A stretch of 64,000 nt of DNA from assembly GCA_951406725.2 (NCBI GenBank), contig OX597817.1:7502001-7566000 (forward strand). The letters run 5' to 3'. Positions 54,641 through 64,000 of this stretch are shown here, piece after piece; the first letter of the stretch is position 1; each line of letters opens with the position of its first letter. The translations under genes were made by a program, and so were the position numbers. The notes beneath the pieces were generated by a model, which was given only the letters and a program-made list of their open reading frames with translations, made no database searches and was not told the origin of the DNA. Source of the stretch: Octopus vulgaris (lineage: Eukaryota).

Positions 54641-55237
54641 CAAATATTGTCAAAATGTGCAGGGAAAGCAAACCCTTAATTTATACTAGTTAAAATTTAT
54701 CTAATATAGGATGCTGGTGATTCAGTAGAGACTGAGTCTTATCTAGACAAACAATGGAAATGTTAATTATGTTTCGTATTATACGTCATCACTATAACAC
54801 AGTATTTACCTGTACCGCTATATAAAGATGATTTGAGAGATGTATAGTTTTAAACCCATTTTACTAGATTTCTGATGGGTTTTAGTTTAGTTTTCAAGTA
54901 CTTATAATTGATAAAACATATAGAGAGTCCATAAAGAGGCCTACGCATACAGGAGGAAAACAAAAGAAAAGGCATCTGCGTGGTCGCTTTATCCGATAGA
55001 AAAATAACTAAGTCTCTCTCATATAACAGTGGGGTGTCTTAAAAACGAACTGACATAGTACGTGTTACAGAGACACGCATATGCGGCACTCTTATGTACA
55101 CATATATAACAACACTGATGCACACATACACATACCAAAAACACATACACACACACATGCTCATATACATGTATGAGAATATAAATGATGACTAATATAG
55201 ATATATATAGATATAAATAAGGAGATGTGTGCATGTT

Positions 55238-55278
<41 letters not shown>

Positions 55279-55314
55279 GCGTGCACACGCACACCCACAC
55301 ATACATACACACTC

Positions 55315-55361
<47 letters not shown>

Positions 55362-55686
55362 CATATATACATGTACATATATACATACATATATATGTGG
55401 GCGTGCTTGTGATTGTATATACGAAAGAGCATGGCGTCGTTAGCAGTTTCCAAAATATTCAATCTATTTGAAGTGTTCTTCCAAGAGAAATAACTCAACT
55501 TTTTACAGGAGGAAACGGCACCACTCCAGCGCAGGTGACCTCCTTAAAATATTACAAAAGCAACCCAACAAGAACTACAAACTACGTAAATAGGAAGAAA
55601 ATAAACCAATTGAAATGTGCTCTTGCCAATAAAGTTATTGCCGACATCATGTACAAATACACAAATGAAATTAGCAATGAGCTTAC

Positions 55687-55803
55687 ACAGATGTCCAGCA
55701 ATGTAATTCGGAAATTGTGTATCATGTATATATTCTCTTCACGCAAATGATAATAAATTAGCCAGTGCAAATTGTTGTAGACACAAAAGAAAGAAAGGAC
55801 ATC
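55687..55803 (-). CDS. Candidate internal exon (117 nt, phase 0 to 0)
   Basis: tttaattttcag|DVLSFFCVYNNLHWLIYYHLREENIYMIHNFRITLLDIC|gtaagc. The other two frames are closed. Confidence 0.4.
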
Positions 55804-55970
55804 CTGAAAATTAAATGAAAATCAGTCGATAATTTAGAAAACAAACGACAAAACGATGTATATAAAATATATATTATAAATGTGTACATGTATATATGCG
55901 TCTGTATATATATATATATACATATATATATGTGTGTGTATATATGTGTATGTATGTATACATGTATATA

Positions 55971-56011
<41 letters not shown>

Positions 56012-56077
56012 AACTCTTTGTTTCTATTTTTTCTCACTCACTTTCTCTTTACATTTCCCTCCCCTCTCTCTCTCTCG

Positions 56078-56148
<71 letters not shown>

Positions 56149-56180
56149 CATACATACAAATTTGTACACACACACATACA

Positions 56181-56235
<55 letters not shown>

Positions 56236-56531
56236 TATATGTTTGTATGTATGTAGGTGGGCATACATACTTATGCACACTCACATACATTCGCACGCAC
56301 AAATATATAATATATAAGATTAAATTAACAATGGACAGGAAATGAAAGTCAAACACATTTCAGCAGAGTGTTCGCTTGAGAAAGGAATCAAACAATTCGT
56401 AGAAACCTATCAAAACATATAATGGCACTACAGACGAATTGGTTGCAGTATTTAAAATAAAACATGTCGGCTCTCTAAAACAACTTGTTCACACATCTAA
56501 ATACTTGTTGTTTGATAGAGATAGATAGATG

Positions 56532-56662
<131 letters not shown>

Positions 56663-56928
56663 GGATAGATAGATATGGATTATACATATGGAATACATAC
56701 AGAAGGGAAAGAGACAAATGTAAAGAGTGAAATCGATTGGCCGCAGTCAGATGACTGAAACAAGCAAATGCTAAATATGTGTGTGTGTATGTGTGTTTGC
56801 GTGTATGTATATATGTATGCATGTATGTATGTACGTATATATGTATCGGAATGCATACAAGTTGATACATAAGCATACCTAGTCGAAGGCACTTAATATT
56901 ACTACGGACAATATTTTGACGCTATACG

Positions 56929-57135
56929 TCGGAGAGCTGATAGAATCGTTACCGCACCGGGCATATCTTCCGACTTTGCGTTCTGAGTTCAAATTCCTCC
57001 AGAGTTGATTTTTTTTTCTTCTTTCATACTTTCATGATCGATAAAATAAGCACCGGTTGAGCACCGAGATCGGTATAATCGACTTAGCTGCTCCACCGAA
57101 ATTGCTGTCCCTGTGCTATGATTTGAAATCAATAT
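56929..57135 (+). mobile_element. SINE family B
   Basis: gagctgatagaatcgttaccgcaccgggc..gttctgagttcaaattcc..tcgataaaataagcaccggttgagcac. Confidence 0.8.
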
Positions 57136-57358
57136 TTTTTTGAAGTTATTGTTATCAAACTTGGTAGATGGCTTGCACGGTCAGCATACTGATGCAACAT
57201 CTATTACATACTACCAGTTAGCTTTTTGTTATCTAAAGGCTTCCGCTCATAGTGATCACACGACATGGGTTTTTCAGTATGTATGTACATATATGAGGGG
57301 ATAGAGTCATATTGGTTTTATTAAAGCACAATTGTGCCTCACTTACACTTACACAAAG

Positions 57359-57552
57359 GCAGGAGCACCGCCTTTTAGTCGAGCAAATCGACCCCAGGAC
57401 TTATTCTTTCGAAGATTAGTACTTATTCCATCGGTCTCTTTAACCGAACCGCTAGGTTACGGGGACGCAAACACACCAGCATCGGTTGTCAAGCGATGTT
57501 GGAGTGACAAACACAGACACACAAACATATACAAACAGCCACTCCTGCGCCT
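57359..57552 (-). mobile_element. SINE family A with internal deletion
   Basis: The 3' half is joined through the microsatellite directly to the first ~20 nt of the head (acagccactcctgcgcct). Confidence 0.85.
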
Positions 57553-57871
57553 CTACAGAATATATCCCAAATCCATTAAATGTATAAATTCGGGCAGAAT
57601 TAAAATATTCGGTCTAATTTCCATGATCGGCCAAGCGTTGTCAGCGTAAATTAATGATTTAATTAATAAAAGCACTTTGCTAATGTCTTGGGAGAAGTAA
57701 GTAACCAATTTCTTGTAAGACGTTAATCAACATTAAAACTAGACATATCTTACCCTATTTTTGTAATTACTGAATGAAAAAATCTTATGGCTTAATCACA
57801 GAGTATCCTTTGCACAGTATGTAAATTGAACCCCGCCTCCACCACAGTCATCATTCTCAATTATATATATA

Positions 57872-59157
57872 CGAGGGGCGTTCAATAAGTAATGCCCCTG
57901 ACCCACTTCCCATAGCAGTAGAGCAACAAAACTTTGCACAGTTATTAGTCTTTTTCTACATAGGAACCACCCAGAGTTACGCATTTCTCCCATCGTTTGA
58001 TGCGGCTCTGGAGACCGTTTTTGTAGAAGAACCCAGCTTGGTCCTCCAACCTCAACGTGACTTCAGAAATCAAGGCTGCATCATCTGGGAAACGCTTTCC
58101 TTTCAAAAACAACTTCATGATTGGGAAGAGGTGAAAATCAGAGGGTGCAAGGTCAGGAAACTAGGGGGGATGGGGAGAAGTTCATAGCCATACGCCTGTG
58201 CTTCTGATCTGGCGACAAGCGAGTTGTGGACCGGAGCGTTGTCCTGCAGGAGGATGCTTTTGCTGATCTTGCCCCGCCTCTTGATTTTGATAACTTCTCT
58301 TAATTTCCTCAAAAGTGAAGCATAATAGGCTCCTGCAATTGTGGTACCCTTTGCCAGGAAATCTGTCATCACTACTCCGTCCTGGTCCCAGAAGACTGTG
58401 AGCATGACCTTGCCAGCGGAGGGCTGCACCCTTGCCTTCCTTGGAGGGGGTGAGTCACGGTGCTTCCACTGCATTGACTGGGCTTTGGTCTCTGGATCAT
58501 CGTGATGGACTCAGGTTTCATCCTGTGTAATCAGTCTTTTGAAAAATTTTGACTCATCTTCTTGGCACATCTCCAAATTCACCCTCGAGCACTTGACGCG
58601 TTCTTGCTTCTGGAAAGGCGTGAGCAACCTGGGAATCCATCTGGCAGACACCTTTTGCATATGCAAATGGTCATGAATGATAGTTTCCACAGACCCGGTA
58701 CTAATCTTGACCTCATGGGCTATTTGGCGAATAATTATGCGTCGATCTTCCGAAATGGCAGCCTCAACTTGACGGACAGATGCCTCATCAATGGCAGAAG
58801 GGGCGACCAGATCTGGGAGCTGTTTCCACAGAGTTCCGACCATGTTTGAATTAACGATGCCAGCGTTTTACAAGGTCATATGATGGGGCATCATCACCAT
58901 AAGTTACTTTCATTTCATCAAAAGTCTCCCGTGGTGTGCGTCCTTTCAAATACAAAAACCGGATCACTGCTCGACACTCAACAGGCTCCATTTCACACTT
59001 GACTCGGTTCAAACACCTGTAAATCAGAAACCACAATTAATTCAGAGCTGTAATTTGCCACTTACTCTATAGAGATATACATGATTGCACATGCAAAATT
59101 TCAGCTAGATCAAACAGCTGCAAGTGGGTCAGAGGCATTACTTATTGAACGTCCCTC

Positions 59158-59158
<1 letters not shown>
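57872..59158 (-). mobile_element. Near-complete mariner transposon (1287 bp, irritans/Himar1-like), TA-flanked
   Basis: 37-bp TIRs with 2 mismatches: cgagggg(a)cgttcaataagtaatgccc(t)ctgacccactt. Confidence 0.96.
57945..58991 (-). pseudogene. Mariner DD34D transposase pseudogene
   Basis: MEPVECRAVIRFLYLKG..; KVSARWIPRLL; ITQDET*VH; SAGKVMLTVFWD; LLQDNAPVH; PDLAPSDFHLF; GGSYVEKD*. Broken by at least three stops and two frameshifts. Confidence 0.95.
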
Positions 59159-59196
<38 letters not shown>

Positions 59197-59199
<3 letters not shown>

Positions 59200-59553
59200 C
59201 TTGTTTCAGTCATTTGACTGCGGTTATCCTTTTATCGGACAAATCAACCGCAGGATTTATTCTTTGTAAGCCTAGTACTTATTCTATCGGTCTCTTTTCC
59301 CGAACCGCTAGATAACACTGACGTAAACTCACCAATATCGGTTGTCAAGCGATGATGAGCAGACAAACACAGGCACACAAATACATACATATAAACACAC
59401 ACACACATATATATATATATACGATGGGCTTCTTTCAGTTTCCGTCTATCAAATCCACTCATAAGGTTTGGGCCGGCCCGTGGCTGTAGGACGGAATCCG
59501 AAAACCATGTGGTTGGGAGGCGAGCCTCTTACCACCCAGCCACTCCTGCGCTT
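59197..59553 (-). mobile_element. SINE family A
   Basis: Colinear with the other copies, with small deletions. Confidence 0.88.
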
Positions 59554-59572
59554 ATATGTGTGTGTATGTCCG

Positions 59573-59624
<52 letters not shown>

Positions 59625-60434
59625 CATATGTATGTACGTTCCCTCTATAGATGAGTAAGGAAATTAGAATGAACGTCTCTGAAACCTCTTACTTATACTT
59701 TAAAATAAGCATTTTAACCCCTTTATTTATAGTTAATGCGTAACTGAACTCGCATCTCTTTTTTTCTCATAAGGATAAATATGAATCTCCTAGATTCTAC
59801 TCTGTTATTTCCTCTCTCAAGTCCATTGTAAAAATTTTGCTTTATACTTTTGCACTGAAGAGTACAGTGATATATGATTAATTTAATTAATTCAATTCAA
59901 ACATGGATTTGTATGATTTTTATATCTCTGTAGGAAACGATCGAATGCAAGAATTAAAATTCTCTTATATATTTTAACACCTTCTCTTCTCCATTTTTAA
60001 CAAAACTGTTGAGTTTTATGGGATTTCTTTAGAATATAGAAGTATTATTTTTATATTTGCAAACTTCGCCTGTAAGCTACCAGCAAAATATGAAGAATCA
60101 ATGTTAGAAATCTTTTTTGGAAACCTCCAAATTAAAGGACGAATATTATTCAACAGCTTTACATACACACACACACACACACACACAGACACATACACAC
60201 ACACACACACACACACATGCATATATACATATATATATATACAACTTTTGGATGGAAATTCATAAATTCCTTAAAGTAATTATTATATTCATTCTACGCT
60301 ATAGCGGCAGCGGACTAATAAATAACCCATAAAATTCCTCTAGAAGAAGGTATGATAAATGGTAGTCGGAATAAATATCATAGGACCTCTTTATGAGCGC
60401 ACTCAAAATCAGTTTCACAGAAAGGAACTTAAGG

Positions 60435-60491
<57 letters not shown>

Positions 60492-60560
60492 CATACAAAC
60501 ATATAAGCAAAAATGCTAGTTCTAAAATCTAAAAAATCAACACCGTAGTTGTAATAACAA

Positions 60561-60965
60561 GTAATGTTCATAGCCATTTCAACATGGTTGTCTGTTCGAA
60601 TAAACTTTACTGTGATTTATTAACCCCCAAGAGGAAATCTCCTCTAGCTGGTTAACGAGGCACAGCTGCGAGCGGGGGAGCGAACCCCTACCACCTTCTA
60701 GCGAGCAGAAGCAAGCTGCTACTATCTCTAGCAGACAAGCTGTCCAGTTCTGAAGAGAGGTAGAAATAGCCCCAAAAGCATAAAACCGGACTTGTCTCTT
60801 GGTCGCGTCTCTAGAAGGTGGTAGGGGTTCGCTCCCGTGCTCACAATATATCGAGTGCAACTGTACATCTTTATGCAGCTAGAGAAGGTGACCTCTTGGG
60901 GTTAAAAAAATCGCAGTAAAGTTCATTCAAACGGACAGCCATGTAGAACTGGCTACGAAAATTGC
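60561..60965. mobile_element. MITE/foldback element with long imperfect TIRs
   Basis: tagccatttcaacatggttgtc..ttaacccccaagagg..gggagcgaacccctaccaccttctag is mirrored by ctagaaggtggtaggggttcgctccc..cctcttggggttaa..gacagccatgtagaactggcta. Confidence 0.85.
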
Positions 60966-61008
60966 AATTTTCGTAGCCAGTTCTACATGGCTGTCCGTTT
61001 GAATGAAC
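60921..61008. repeat. Perfect 88-bp palindrome overlapping the MITE right end
   Basis: gttcattcaaacgg...gaaaattg|caattttc...ccgtttgaatgaac, centre at 60964/60965. Confidence 0.95.
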
Positions 61009-61025
61009 GAATCTTATTCAACAGC

Positions 61026-61069
<44 letters not shown>

Positions 61070-61790
61070 CACATTTATATATATATATAAATGGAACGAA
61101 AACGCAATAGTGGGCATTAAAACGTTTGGACAACAGACGATAGAATGGTGGAGAAGACAAACAACCATTAGGAGAGACAAGAAAAACACAGGTCATTATT
61201 GGCTTTCTTTTATCAGTCAAGTACCAGAAATCACGGCCATTTCGGGCTGTTACATTTGAGATGGTTCGATCTGGTTGCCCCCAAAAAAGTCTAAACTAAG
61301 AGCATTAGACCCCTTTCTAAGAAACCTAGCGAATGAGTACGGCAACAAACACACAAAAAAAACAAAAAAAAACGGAAAATATGGTACACAATTACGAATA
61401 CAAACAACAAGAAATAACAACAGGCGTATTTCGACTGAGAACCAACCAAACTGAGCTGGCGTGTATGAAATGAAGGCCTAAATGCAGGAAATTGGAGATG
61501 GACACAAGAGGTGTTGACGGTCGGCACTCAGACCAGTGTGTGTGTGAGAGAGAAAGAGAGAGAAGAATAAAGAGAGAGAGAGAGAGTATATGTATGTATG
61601 TTTGTGTATGTATGTATATGTATACATATGTATGCTGAAGATAGATACCAAATCCTCGGCGTCTATCTTCAGCATAAAAGGAATCCACTTAGTGGTCTTT
61701 CTTCGTATTTGAATATAATTTTCAGTCCTGTCCACCGGTTTAAATTAGTATTATCTAATAATGTTGATTTCTACACTTAGTATTTAATTC

Positions 61791-61853
<63 letters not shown>

Positions 61854-61857
<4 letters not shown>

Positions 61858-62004
61858 AGGAGTGGCTGTGTCGTAATTAACTTGCTTGCCAACTATTTGG
61901 TTCCGGGTTCAGTCCCACTGTGTAGCACCTTGGGCAAGTGCTATAGCCTCAGGCCGACCAAAGCCTTGTGAGTGTATTTGGTAGACGGAAACTGAAAGAA
62001 GCCC

Positions 62005-62098
<94 letters not shown>

Positions 62099-62320
62099 TT
62101 ATGTGTGTATGTTAGTGTGTCTATGTTTGTTCCCACATCTTCGCTTGACAACCGATGTTGGTGTGTTTACGTCCCCATAACTTAGCTGTTCGGGAAAAGA
62201 GACCGATAGAATAAATACTAGGCTTGCAAAGAATAAGTCCTAAGGTTGATTTGTTCGACTAAAGGCGGTGCTCCAGCATGGCCACAGTCGAATGACTGAA
62301 GCAAACAGAAGAATAAAAGA
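61854..62320 (+). mobile_element. SINE family A, full length
   Basis: gcgcaggagtggctgtgt..ggttcagtcccactg.. (TA)n ..ggcggtgctccagcatggccacagtc..gaataaaaga. Confidence 0.92.
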
Positions 62321-62361
62321 CTATATATACAAGACAACACAGTAACCATACACAGACATAC

Positions 62362-62527
62362 TGGCTGCACTCAAAGAAATAGTACTCGATTCGTTGAAAT
62401 AAAATGACTTTCGGATGAACCTCCAGCTTCTGGTACCAGGCGTGATGTCTCCACTCTTTATCGTTTCTACTGCAACTACATTGTGAACGATGATGACATC
62501 ACTATCATAAGCTGTGGTCACATGTAA
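62362..62527 (-). CDS. Candidate exon (166 nt, phase 0 to 1)
   Basis: tctcaatcacag|LHVTTAYDSDVIIVHNVVAVETIKSGDITPGTRSWRFIRKSFYFNESSTISLSAA|gtatgt. Only open frame after this acceptor. Confidence 0.3.
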
Positions 62528-62899
62528 CTGTGATTGAGATTAATCGTTTTTATTTATGATTTTTAAAAACTCTGTATTAGTCTTTTATGTTTAGTATAGG
62601 TCAATGTCAATTAACTTTTCAATGCTTATGCGAACTCATCTTCTGAACGAATTGTTGATAATGGTGCTTTGTTGCCGCATTTTGTCGTAGGCGGCAAGGG
62701 AAATATGGAAAGATTATACACACAATCATCGTCGCCGTATTCTAAATTAGCATTTAATTTCAGTGTTCTCTCACAGTATATTTCGAATACATGATAATTT
62801 TCAGCTGGCTTTTACTATTAATAAAATGTCCAGATCTTATGTAGTACTTAGCGAAATACTGTATAGGATGGTAATGTTGCCAATAGCTTTCTATCTGCA

Positions 62900-63213
62900 C
62901 GTTAGCACGCCGGGCGAAATGCGTAGCCGTATTTCATCTACCGTTTCATCTACCGTATTTCCTCTGAGTTCAAATTCCGCCGAGGCCGACCTTGCCTTTC
63001 ATCCTTTCGGGTCGATTAAATAAGTACCAGTTACGCACTGGTGTCGATATAATCGACTAAATCCGTTTGTCTGTCCTTGTTTGTCCTCTCTGTGTTTAGC
63101 CCCTTGTGGGTAGTAAAGAAATAGGTATTTCGTCTGCCGTTACGTTCTGAGTTCAAATTCCACCGTGGTCGATTTTGCCTTTCATCCTTTCGTGGTCGAT
63201 AAATTAAGTACCT
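62900..63213 (+). mobile_element. SINE family B with partial tandem second unit
   Basis: gagttcaaattcc..gcctttcatcctttcg.g(g)tcgat.aa.taagtacc occurs at about 62966-63029 and 63149-63211. Confidence 0.88.
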
Positions 63214-63408
63214 AGAGTAGTAAAGAATATCTTTCCATCTGGTTTCGTTTGCTTTGTATTGGCTACCTAGTGTAACCACGTGGTCGATCATCAAGAAAGT
63301 GTCATAGCTGTTTTGCCGATGAAGTAGTTTAGTTTATGAAGTCTACAATTTACCTGTCCACAATGAATTTATTTGAAGTTCATTCTTTTAAGATCTATAA
63401 AGTCTTAC

Positions 63409-63710
63409 GTGGAGGCAGATGACCTTGTGGTTAGAGCTGTGGACTCGCGGTCGAGGTATCGCTGGTTCGAATCTCAGACCCAGCAATGTGTGTGCTTATG
63501 AGGAAAACATCTGAGCTCCACGCGGCTCCGGCAGAAGGTAATGGCGAACTTCTGATTCTTTCGCCACAACTTTCTCTCACTCTTCCCTCCTGCATCTAGC
63601 AGCTCAGATGCGACGGACCGGGGTCCCGTCCAGGTGAGGAACCTATACGCCATTGAAACCGGGAAGCCGTCCCTTACGACCCAGGCATGGCTCGAGAAGG
63701 AACAAACAAA
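63409..63710 (+). mobile_element. SINE with family C head and body but a different tail (V-domain-like)
   Basis: GTGGAGGC..GTGGTTAGAGCTGTGGACTCGCGGTC..GGTTCGAATC. The body ccacaactttctctcactc is shared with 45140-45528. Tail tgcgacggaccggggtcccgtccaggtg..gaaaccgggaa. Confidence 0.85.
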
Positions 63711-64000
63711 AATAATGGCACACGGGTTTGTAGTTAAATGTTGATGATAAATATTTTAATTTGGATGTTTTTGTAACATACTCTAACTAGATATAATTTC
63801 CATCATCTCTCAATACCTCCGACAAAAAAGGTAATAACACCTTGTTGTCTCCAATGACATTTAATGTGACGTGAATTTAATTAAATCAACCACTTCTTTT
63901 ACCACTAATTAATGAGCACGGCCCACGATACTATGCTCCAAGCTGCCACTCCTCAGAATAAGTAAAGAGTTTCAAACAATATCTTAAATGCAATCCAAAT

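Noticed and set aside
55509-55750. Plus-strand frame after ttttttacag (GGNGTTPAQVTSLKYY..)
   Set aside because: It overlaps the minus-strand candidate exon, has no partner exons, and the minus reading has both splice sites. Not fully excluded.

Overview
AT-rich, repeat-dominated eukaryotic (metazoan) DNA, not prokaryotic: there are no operons, rRNA genes or CRISPR arrays. The very dense (TA)n/(CA)n/(GATA)n microsatellites and the particular tRNA-derived SINE families are most consistent with an octopus (coleoid cephalopod) genome; this is inferred from repeat content only. Nearly all supplied ORFs are microsatellite or SINE artefacts. The supportable content is as follows. (1) Several SINE families, about 25 copies, with visible module swapping. 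(2) Tc1/mariner DNA transposons, including a near-complete 1287-bp mariner, a maT/DD37D-like element, a Tc1 remnant and MITEs. (3) CR1-like LINE 3' ends. (4) Penelope-like GIY-YIG fragments and many hammerhead-ribozyme (HHR)-like motifs. (5) A candidate spliced minus-strand gene with no recognisable domain (about 62.5 kb to 37.2 kb). (6) Several perfect hairpins. The best lead is a 361-bp non-coding insertion (19497-19857) with a 16-bp target-site duplication and an adjacent empty-site copy. It carries a minimal type I hammerhead with a compensated U3-A8 core on top of a long rod-like stem, i.e. a retrozyme-like element. It sits in degraded sequence that weakly resembles a parvovirus/densovirus-type SF3 helicase. 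All coordinates were read by hand and may be off by a few bases.
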